From NCBI GenBank assembly GCA_028276785.1, contig JAPYVP010000001.1, positions 30,001 to 62,000 on the forward strand: a DNA stretch of 32,000 bases, given 5' to 3'. The notes under the pieces are model-generated. The model worked only from the letters and a program-made list of their open reading frames with translations. It did no database searches and was not told the origin of the DNA. The DNA comes from Candidatus Nanopusillus sp. (GTDB lineage Archaea > Nanobdellota > Nanobdellia > Nanobdellales > Nanobdellaceae). Position 1 is the first letter of the stretch; every line of letters starts with the position of its first letter. Below are positions 16,506-24,137 of this stretch, one piece after another. The translations under genes and the position numbers were made by a program.

Positions 16506-18127
16506 ACTGTTAATTTAGAAACAAGATATCCGCCTAGAAAAGGCATATCTACTGGCAAATATATGTAATATACATATATGTTTGTGTTTGGTGGTATTGG
16601 ATATCCTAAACTTACACTATTTTGACTACTTTGGTAAATATAAGCGTTTAATTCTTCTTTGTTTCCTGTATCGGTAATACAATATGCTCTTGCCATTGCA
16701 ACGCCATTTGATCCAGCATGTGGATCATAATATACTGCAGAAATTATAAACTGATTTGTATTTGGATCCCTATCATTTATTACCCATCTAGTAATATTAA
16801 ATCTATAAAATCCTTGAGCATATGTATTAATACCACCCAAGTAAACTAAAGGACACTCCTTTCCAACAATAATTCCGTTTATATTTTGTATATCATTGTA
16901 TACACCAGTTGGACATCTTATTGTTCTTCCATTTATTTTATATTCACACAAAGGATCTGCTGCTAAAAATACATAATCTGGTTGTCCATTTTTATTTAAA
17001 TAAGAAATATATAGAGCTACTGTTTCATGCCATGGATAATCTATAAATACTTGTTGACAATTTGGTAGTATATTTACTATACCTCTATAAAAAGATCCTA
17101 CAACTAATACCTGACCACCCCCACAAAGGGAATTACCTGTATATCTTGTACCAAATTCTTGTTGACATGCTGCATCTAAATATTCTCTTGGGATTATAAA
17201 ATCTGCTAGTCTATTTATGTCAGTAGCAGTTTTATAAACAGGAGGACCTTGATAATAATAAGGTGTAGAGGTTAAATATTGATTATTAGTTGCTGGACAA
17301 GATCCTGTATATATGCATAAGAATCCAGAAAATAAATTTGGTAAGTTAGATACTGGATGAGCTGGCGTACCACCTACACCTAAAAAATTTGGAAATAAAT
17401 GCCATTCACTATTGGGGCAATATACAGAAGCTTCAGTAAAATTATGATTTGGAAGTATTCTTGATAGAGGTTCACAATATCCTAATCGTATGGCTATTTC
17501 TTGTGATTGTTGTGGATAAAATGATTGTAAGCCCCATGCATTTGTTGATAATGTTTGATGAAAAGGTGCTGTTGCATTGACCCATCCAGCTCCATATATA
17601 GTTAGGCTTACTGGTATATCAATATTCTGTGTATAATTATTTGTAAAGAAATACGTATAATTCCATTCATACCATTGTTTGCCATTTTGATCTGGTGGAG
17701 GTCTCATTGAACATGGATCCCAATTATTTATATTGCCAGCTACTATGAACATCTGGACAATCCATCCAGTTATTGGTGGTACAAAATATATTGTAAGGTT
17801 CCATCTATTTCCATATATACTATTGAAATAATTTGTTATAGTCTGCGATATATTTGTACATATATTTTGATTTATGCAGTATGTATCGTTTCCAGAAGAT
17901 GAAAAATAAGATAATAAAAATGCGTAGGATAAGTTAACTTTATTATCATTAACATATGATAATAAAACAATACTATTCTGGATTGTTAGTGTGTATTGAT
18001 TTTCTACATTATATGTTTGCATTGTTCTTTGATTATAGTTACTTGATATTAAGGTATATAATAGAACTAATAATGATATTATTGAAATTATAATAACAAA
18101 TGTTATAGTATTTATTTGGTTTCTCAT
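16499..18127 (-). CDS. Large secreted/anchored protein with pilin-like N-terminus (operon gene 9)
   Basis: 542 aa. The N-terminus is MRNQINTITFVIIISIISLLVLLYTLI. The rest is a Cys-, Trp-, Tyr- and Pro-rich ectodomain with sequons. No family recognised. Confidence 0.6.
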   Translation of the reverse strand: MRNQINTITFVIIISIISLLVLLYTLISSNYNQRTMQTYNVENQYTLTIQNSIVLLSYVNDNKVNLSYAFLLSYFSSSGNDTYCINQNICTNISQTITNYFNSIYGNRWNLTIYFVPPITGWIVQMFIVAGNINNWDPCSMRPPPDQNGKQWYEWNYTYFFTNNYTQNIDIPVSLTIYGAGWVNATAPFHQTLSTNAWGLQSFYPQQSQEIAIRLGYCEPLSRILPNHNFTEASVYCPNSEWHLFPNFLGVGGTPAHPVSNLPNLFSGFLCIYTGSCPATNNQYLTSTPYYYQGPPVYKTATDINRLADFIIPREYLDAACQQEFGTRYTGNSLCGGGQVLVVGSFYRGIVNILPNCQQVFIDYPWHETVALYISYLNKNGQPDYVFLAADPLCEYKINGRTIRCPTGVYNDIQNINGIIVGKECPLVYLGGINTYAQGFYRFNITRWVINDRDPNTNQFIISAVYYDPHAGSNGVAMARAYCITDTGNKEELNAYIYQSSQNSVSLGYPIPPNTNIYVYYIYLPVDMPFLGGYLVSKLTVW

Positions 18128-18981
18128 TTTAGATAATATAATAGCATAAATAGGCCTATTATTACTATAATTATAACTATTGCTGCTGGCAAAATCAAAT
18201 TAACGTTGTTGTTGTTATTAGTACTTACATTTGGTTGTGGATAAATTAATTGTTGGTTATTATTTGTTAAATTTACTTCAGTTTGATTTATACATTCAAA
18301 TACGCCAGTACAAGATATATAAACAATATTTGGTGGTGGACATTTTTGTAGAAATTCTTGATATAATTGATTTAATGAATAATTGTATGGACATCTAAAC
18401 CAGTTACCTTGGAAAGATAGATTTTCTGGACAATAACCACAGCCGTAAAAATTATGGTAGTATGATAATAGTTGCTGATAGGATTCATTACCTGCTAAGT
18501 AAGAAGGTGGTATATATGGGGGATCAAAACAAGGGTAAATTTGATTAGAACATGGTGGATAATACCAAGGCATATTTGGACAATTTAATAGACTATCACA
18601 TAATGTTTGATTCTCCTCTGGTATAATTACATCTTGATATGCAGATGGAGGAATTAATAGATATGGACTAACTAATGTACCGTTTGGATATTTACAATAA
18701 CTGCTATTTACATATATCAATCCATAACGAGTACAAAATGAATACTCTGGAGGTACATTATTTTCATAATATTGTAGAGCATCAAAATATGTATTATTTA
18801 TAATACAATAGACACCTGTATCATTTGTATAATAAGTTCCTCCACCATATTCACAATAAACTGCTATTGGATTTTTCATAGAATATATACTATTCATAGA
18901 GTATATGTATATAATATATAAAAAAATTATAAAAATAATTATAATAAGTGCTAATAAATTTCTATTTTGCGAGAGTAACAT
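18124..18981 (-). CDS. Cys/Pro-rich bitopic protein with DUF333-like module (operon gene 8)
   Basis: 285 aa with an N-terminal hydrophobic helix (LLALIIIIFIIFLYIIYIY) and a C-terminal TM anchor (ILPAAIVIIIVIIGLFMLLYY). NPIAVYCEYGGGTYYTNDTGVYCI resembles the DUF333/COG3042 motif (NPAsvyC...GG...G.C). Confidence 0.55.
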   Translation of the reverse strand: MLLSQNRNLLALIIIIFIIFLYIIYIYSMNSIYSMKNPIAVYCEYGGGTYYTNDTGVYCIINNTYFDALQYYENNVPPEYSFCTRYGLIYVNSSYCKYPNGTLVSPYLLIPPSAYQDVIIPEENQTLCDSLLNCPNMPWYYPPCSNQIYPCFDPPYIPPSYLAGNESYQQLLSYYHNFYGCGYCPENLSFQGNWFRCPYNYSLNQLYQEFLQKCPPPNIVYISCTGVFECINQTEVNLTNNNQQLIYPQPNVSTNNNNNVNLILPAAIVIIIVIIGLFMLLYYLK

Positions 18982-20518
18982 TTTGTATTGCTACAATTGA
19001 AAACTTAGGAAATGATAGGCCGAAAGGCGACTGCTCAAATGGTATGTATATGTATCCATCTTGCATCCAATAAACCCCTCCACAAGGTGCTCCCATTGCA
19101 GTGCTGCAAGCTCGATAATTTGAATAATATTTATAGCACTCACTTTTACTACGAGTTATCATACGCATTCTACCATCTGAAGTAAAAGCTAAGCATCCTG
19201 TTACACGTCCCCAAGAATTTTGAATTATCCAACATTTTGGAGTTCCATATACTTCTTGACATAGTTGGGATTGTGTATCATATCCAACCAACAGCATAGC
19301 ATGACCCGTATCACCTACAAAATATAAAGGATACATGTTTGGATTAGATCCGCCCTCTCCAGCCATATAGCCACTAACCGTCAATGGTCCATAACACAGT
19401 AAATATTGAATTATTTCCTGACTTGATAGAGACTTCCCTCTTTGAACTAATTCCATAACTTTGTGTGAATAATACATTGGTGAAGTAGGTCCATTATAAT
19501 CAAAACCACATACATCATCAGGATAACTGATGGCATCGTCATTCGTACTACATCCTTTTAAAGTAGAACTATAATATCTTCGTCCAGGATCTGCTGGTAT
19601 ACCATATTGAGATGTATATAGTATACCGTAGTATGGCAAACCACCATTACAACCTATATTATGTTCACAATATTTTGGAGTATTTGGATATCTATAATTG
19701 CACTTTATTGCTATGTATGCGGCAGATAATGTTAATCCTTCATTAGGTTTATTATTTCTTATCATATAGATTGCAGCAATCCCGTTTGAAGATGCAAATG
19801 CCCAATAGTCTCCACAAACCCCTTGATCGCCTACTGGAGGTAAATAATTATTCCCATCTACATCACCCCAGAAAAATTTTGGTTGTCCAGTATATTTAAC
19901 TAAACATCTACTATTTGGGTCAATAGTATTATTAGTTTGATTAGTTTGATTTGTATTATTGTTATTTGTTTGATTGGTATTATTTGTCTGATTAGTCTGA
20001 TTATTTTGATTATTATTATTATTCTGATTTTGATTATTGTTATTATTTTGATTATTATCTGGATTTATAACTATAATAGTCCCGTTAGGCAAATATCGAT
20101 TAAATATAAAAATTGTATCATTAAAATCTGCAGAAATAAAAATAGTATTATTTGTACTAACCAAATATATATAATTATTTGGATATAAAAAACTTACATT
20201 TTGACCATTATTGTATAAAATTACGGATTTATTTTGAAAATTAATCGTATAATTATTATTATTATATTGGATTATTAATTCGTTGTCTCTTGAATATAAT
20301 ATAATTCCACTTGGTATATCAACTTTTATATAATATGTACCTTGCATATTATTTATTGTATCCTGTAAATTTTGTAAATTATTGACAAAATTTTCAAATA
20401 TGAATTTTTCTTGTTCCCTTTTAACATTTGTAGAATATTGATAATAAATTAAGAAAGATAATGATACGATTAATAATATTATTGCTACTGAAAGCAAATT
20501 TAACTGATTCTTTTTCAT
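18962..20518 (-). CDS. Pilin-like N-terminus, beta-rich domain, Asn/Gln/Thr stalk and papain-fold (C1-like) domain with Cys-to-Tyr at the nucleophile position (operon gene 7)
   Basis: 518 aa. The N-terminus is MKKNQLNLLSVAIILLIVSLSFLIYY. PPVGDQGVCGDYWAFASS aligns with papain TPVKNQGSCGSCWAFSA. GHAMLLVGYD aligns with the catalytic His motif and IIQNSWG with the Asn motif. The Tyr codon TAT was read directly at 19805-19807 on the minus strand. Confidence 0.7.
   Translation of the reverse strand: MKKNQLNLLSVAIILLIVSLSFLIYYQYSTNVKREQEKFIFENFVNNLQNLQDTINNMQGTYYIKVDIPSGIILYSRDNELIIQYNNNNYTINFQNKSVILYNNGQNVSFLYPNNYIYLVSTNNTIFISADFNDTIFIFNRYLPNGTIIVINPDNNQNNNNNQNQNNNNNQNNQTNQTNNTNQTNNNNTNQTNQTNNTIDPNSRCLVKYTGQPKFFWGDVDGNNYLPPVGDQGVCGDYWAFASSNGIAAIYMIRNNKPNEGLTLSAAYIAIKCNYRYPNTPKYCEHNIGCNGGLPYYGILYTSQYGIPADPGRRYYSSTLKGCSTNDDAISYPDDVCGFDYNGPTSPMYYSHKVMELVQRGKSLSSQEIIQYLLCYGPLTVSGYMAGEGGSNPNMYPLYFVGDTGHAMLLVGYDTQSQLCQEVYGTPKCWIIQNSWGRVTGCLAFTSDGRMRMITRSKSECYKYYSNYRACSTAMGAPCGGVYWMQDGYIYIPFEQSPFGLSFPKFSIVAIQNVTLAK
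19925..20062 (-). repeat. Low-complexity Asn/Gln/Thr coding repeat (stalk/linker)
   Basis: Encodes PDNNQNNNNNQNQNNNNNQNNQTNQTNNTNQTNNNNTNQTNQTNNT. The DNA is made of degenerate GTTTGATTA / GTCTGATTA-type short repeats. It includes at least 7 N-x-T sequons. Confidence 0.8.
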
Positions 20519-20557
20519 TATGATCTATTAATATCTAAAAAATTTTTTAAAATTTTT

Positions 20558-20998
20558 TTAACTTGGGTTTTCTATATAAATTGTTACATCTGTTGGAGAT
20601 GTTTTTTTAACAAGCAATGGTATTTTTTGATTTGGACTCCCACGTGACAATTCATAGAATAATCCGGAAGTATAATATTGAATCATATTATTTGTTGTAT
20701 TTATTATTACATTGCAAGGCACTGTATAATTATAATATTTGTCATATATGTAACAACTTAGTAAATTACCATTACTATATATATAATTTAGATATTTGTT
20801 TATTTCAATAGTAATATGAAATTCTGTTCCATTATTGGAATAGCACGCTCTTTCAACTGTTGTATATAAATTTTGACATGAAGATATATTTTTATATAAT
20901 AATTGAGTCTCATTATTTATGCCTACAAATTTAAAATATAAATATAAAGATAAACCAAAAGCAACAATTGCTATAATTATCCAAAACCACTTTTCCAT
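20558..20998 (-). CDS. Small signal-anchored protein (operon gene 6)
   Basis: 146 aa. N-terminal helix MEKWFWIIIAIVAFGLSLYLYF, four Cys and several sequons. No family recognised. Confidence 0.5.
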   Translation of the reverse strand: MEKWFWIIIAIVAFGLSLYLYFKFVGINNETQLLYKNISSCQNLYTTVERACYSNNGTEFHITIEINKYLNYIYSNGNLLSCYIYDKYYNYTVPCNVIINTTNNMIQYYTSGLFYELSRGSPNQKIPLLVKKTSPTDVTIYIENPS

Positions 20999-21000
20999 CT

Positions 21001-21414
21001 TTATCCTTGAATATTAATATAAACATAATTTCCTGCCGAATAAATTAATATATACTTTCCAGGATTTATATTATAATTACAATTTTGCATTACAACATTC
21101 GGATCTATGCTGTTTACTTTATTTATTAAATCTTGACATGTAAATGATGGTCCTTGATAATGAATCAAATAACATAAACCTTGGGCTTTTTTATAATAAC
21201 ATGATACTACATTCATTGCAACAGTTGTCATTGAATTTACATTTGTTTCTACTATAGTTTGTGTATTATTATATTTTGGCATTATGTTATCTACATATGA
21301 AGATACGTTCCCTCTTAATACAAATATTATTCCTATAATTGTTATGGTAACAATTATCCCGATAAATATTAAAAAAGTATAATTAATTGGAAGCTCTTGA
21401 ATTCTCATTGCCAT
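21001..21414 (-). CDS. Small pilin-like/signal-anchored protein (operon gene 5)
   Basis: 137 aa. N-terminus MAMRIQELPINYTFLIFIGIIVTITIIGIIFVL. It shares a CY...CY core and a beta-like C-terminus (KYILIYSAGNYVYINI) with gene 4. Confidence 0.5.
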   Translation of the reverse strand: MAMRIQELPINYTFLIFIGIIVTITIIGIIFVLRGNVSSYVDNIMPKYNNTQTIVETNVNSMTTVAMNVVSCYYKKAQGLCYLIHYQGPSFTCQDLINKVNSIDPNVVMQNCNYNINPGKYILIYSAGNYVYINIQG

Positions 21415-21884
21415 ATTATAATATAACTATTGTTGTATATTATAAATATGCTGTTGTATGGATATATTCTTCCTTCACTATTATTTAAACGGAATATAAT
21501 TTTATTTGGATTAAATTTAGTATAATTTTGTACATATTGTATTAATGTTGTCGAATTTAGGACAATATTCTTATTTATATAAACATCATAACATATATCA
21601 AATAATTTATTTGTATTTACATTATTATTGTAACAATTTAATATTAATCCTACTATACTTGAATAAATTGTATCAATACTCTCATTTGAATATATAACAT
21701 TTATTGCAGAAGGATAATATTCTTTGCATGATGGGGAAAAACCGCCCTGTGATATTAATGTTTGACAATAATATGCTTGAGAATTACTAAAGAATTTTGT
21801 ATATATAATGCTTAATATAACTACGGCGGATATTATTGCTATTATTATTATAAATATAGTATCTATTGCTATGTCGTTCTTCAT
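21405..21884 (-). CDS. Small pilin-like/signal-anchored protein (operon gene 4)
   Basis: 159 aa. N-terminus MKNDIAIDTIFIIIIAIISAVVILSIIY. Contains LNCYNN...DICYDVYI and a C-terminal RIYPYNSIFIIYNNSYIII. Overlaps both neighbouring genes. Confidence 0.5.
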   Translation of the reverse strand: MKNDIAIDTIFIIIIAIISAVVILSIIYTKFFSNSQAYYCQTLISQGGFSPSCKEYYPSAINVIYSNESIDTIYSSIVGLILNCYNNNVNTNKLFDICYDVYINKNIVLNSTTLIQYVQNYTKFNPNKIIFRLNNSEGRIYPYNSIFIIYNNSYIIIWQ

Positions 21885-22165
21885 ATATAATGAATACTTC
21901 CGTTATAAATATATATAATTCTATAGCCAGAAGGTATTGTTATTCCATTTATTGTACAATTCTCACTAAGGAACACTTTAATATCAATTATTTCTCTAAA
22001 ACTTTTATCGTATAAATTTTTTAATTGCTGACAATTAATAGTTTGTATATTCTCTCCACCCAAATTATTTTTTACATTATAAATATAATAAAAAGAAAAT
22101 AGACTAGCAGCTACAATTAATATAAAGGTTATTATAATCCAATATATTGAATTTTGAAGTTTCAT
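21881..22165 (-). CDS. Small pilin-like/signal-anchored protein (operon gene 3)
   Basis: 94 aa. N-terminus MKLQNSIYWIIITFILIVAASLFSFYYIY and C-terminal GYRIIYIYNGSIHYI. It has 4-nt overlaps at both ends. Confidence 0.5.
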   Translation of the reverse strand: MKLQNSIYWIIITFILIVAASLFSFYYIYNVKNNLGGENIQTINCQQLKNLYDKSFREIIDIKVFLSENCTINGITIPSGYRIIYIYNGSIHYI

Positions 22166-24132
22166 AATTTTATATCTGTTGGCAAATATGGGCCAAATAT
22201 TGTATATACTACTAATATTCCTACTATTGAAAATATTACATAAAATATTGTTCCAAACAGAAGATTCCTACCTATATAATATGAAGTCATTGTACTATCA
22301 AAGCCATATTTTATTCCAGCACTCATATATGATGTTATTATTACATATTCTATAAAAAATATGCCTATTATTGCTACAAAAAATGTTGGTGGTATTAAAT
22401 TATATAGATTAAATGTGGTTACAATAAAATTGAATAAACTAGATCCACCTCCCAGACCAAAAGATTGGCTTATCAATTGAAAGAAGTATGCAAGTGCAAA
22501 AAGCATTGAAACTATACCATTATTAAAAACTGTAACCATTGCAGAAATTAATGGTACTAGATTTCTTGATGTCATATCTATTAATCCAATTATTTCATTT
22601 AATATTTTTCTTACACTATATCTTATGTTGTTTACATTTTCTAAATTTGTTGATACGTTATATGCAATTTTTGATAAGGTTTCAGGACCCTTTGATGCAG
22701 AAGTAACCAAAAGTTGCATAGACTCTCTTACTAATTTTGATGGATATAAATTTAATGAACCAATTTTTGGATCAAATATAGATGTATTTAAATCATAACC
22801 CCTTCTTAAATTATATAATGTTGTTTTTAGGAAGTTTTCCATAACACCGGAAGATTTTATTATCTTATAATTATAATAGGTTTTTTCAATCACTATTTCA
22901 AATGGATAACCATCTTCTAATAGTGATGCAAATTCGTATACAACAATTGGAAACTCATTTTCTATTTCTTCAATTTCATATATTTTTTTAACTTTTTGGA
23001 AAGATGTCAAATAATAATAAGACCCAATACCTAAACCCAATCCCAGAGGTAATGTTAAAGTTAAAACAGAATATATTAATGCTCTATCTTGATAAACTAT
23101 ATTTAAATAATCACTTAAAAATCCTTGTGGGATAAGAGCAATTTTTATAGCTAAAGAAATTAAATGATAAATTCCTATAATTGCAATCGATCCCAATATT
23201 ATTGAAATTATTATTGCCGGAACTTCTTTATTTCCTAATTTAAATTTTCCAGGTTTTGGTAAATCCTTTGCTAATGATAAATCTGGAACGGCAAATGCAA
23301 ACGGATTTTTTGATAGAAAATTTTGAATTATTAAGAAGGTAATGACAGGTAGAATTATTATATACGAAAATGCTATGAAATAGAAACTTACAGTATTTAA
23401 CAAAAACACAGATATTATTGGTAACATCATCAAACTGACTATAGGCATCATTACTAAGAAAGATATAATAACTGTTGCCGGTTCTTTCAGAGCATCTACA
23501 TATGATTGGGATTTTTCTAAAGATTTCTTTAACACCCATCCTAATATTCTGTCTAATAATTTATTTATATCATCAATAGACGTTTTATATTTAATATTTA
23601 CAATATGTGTCATTGCATATACAAAATCTGGACTTAAATAAAACCATCTTCTCTGATAATATTCCAGTGCTGATTCAATATCTTTAAACTTACTTGTTTC
23701 TAAATTATATAATAATGATTTAAAGTCTGTTGCAATATAACCTTTCATATAATATGCTACATATTTTATTCCATTTTCTAGATTAGGATTTCTTTTTAGA
23801 TATAAAGATAAATATAATATTATCCATACAATTTCTGATGTTACCTGTATTCTAACAATTTGTGTATAGAATATTGGATAATATGCAAAATAGAATGATA
23901 ATATTAGTAAAGATATTAATAAAGAAAAAGCTAATTGAAAGCTTACAAAACTTAAAATAAGATATATAATTATAGAAAATATTGTTATAGTTATTACAGA
24001 GGAAAATATGTTATCTGGATTAGTATTTAATCTATTTAACCATAAATGAAATGCATATTTTTTATATATAGAATTGGGGGCTTTTATTTTTATTAAATTA
24101 AAATTATTGTAAAAATACTCAAAAAAATTCAT
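22162..24132 (-). CDS. FlaJ/TadC/PilC-like polytopic platform protein (two T2SS-F-like repeats), candidate (operon gene 2)
   Basis: 656 aa. Two soluble helical modules are each followed by TM bundles: YPIFYTQIVRIQVTSEIVWIILYLSLYLKRNPNLENGIKYVA...DIESALEYYQRRW and EIENEFPIVVYEFASLLEDGYPFEIVIEKT...LYNLRRGYDLNTSI. This matches the duplicated T2SSF-domain layout of archaeal FlaJ/PilC. The gene sits next to a class III signal protein. Confidence 0.5.
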   Translation of the reverse strand: MNFFEYFYNNFNLIKIKAPNSIYKKYAFHLWLNRLNTNPDNIFSSVITITIFSIIIYLILSFVSFQLAFSLLISLLILSFYFAYYPIFYTQIVRIQVTSEIVWIILYLSLYLKRNPNLENGIKYVAYYMKGYIATDFKSLLYNLETSKFKDIESALEYYQRRWFYLSPDFVYAMTHIVNIKYKTSIDDINKLLDRILGWVLKKSLEKSQSYVDALKEPATVIISFLVMMPIVSLMMLPIISVFLLNTVSFYFIAFSYIIILPVITFLIIQNFLSKNPFAFAVPDLSLAKDLPKPGKFKLGNKEVPAIIISIILGSIAIIGIYHLISLAIKIALIPQGFLSDYLNIVYQDRALIYSVLTLTLPLGLGLGIGSYYYLTSFQKVKKIYEIEEIENEFPIVVYEFASLLEDGYPFEIVIEKTYYNYKIIKSSGVMENFLKTTLYNLRRGYDLNTSIFDPKIGSLNLYPSKLVRESMQLLVTSASKGPETLSKIAYNVSTNLENVNNIRYSVRKILNEIIGLIDMTSRNLVPLISAMVTVFNNGIVSMLFALAYFFQLISQSFGLGGGSSLFNFIVTTFNLYNLIPPTFFVAIIGIFFIEYVIITSYMSAGIKYGFDSTMTSYYIGRNLLFGTIFYVIFSIVGILVVYTIFGPYLPTDIKL

Positions 24133-24137
24133 TACCT

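Noticed and set aside
19925-20188. Short tandem DNA repeats considered as a possible CRISPR array or satellite.
   Set aside because: The repeat units are ~9 nt, degenerate and in frame within a long ORF, encoding N/Q/T. There is no repeat-spacer architecture and no cas genes are nearby.
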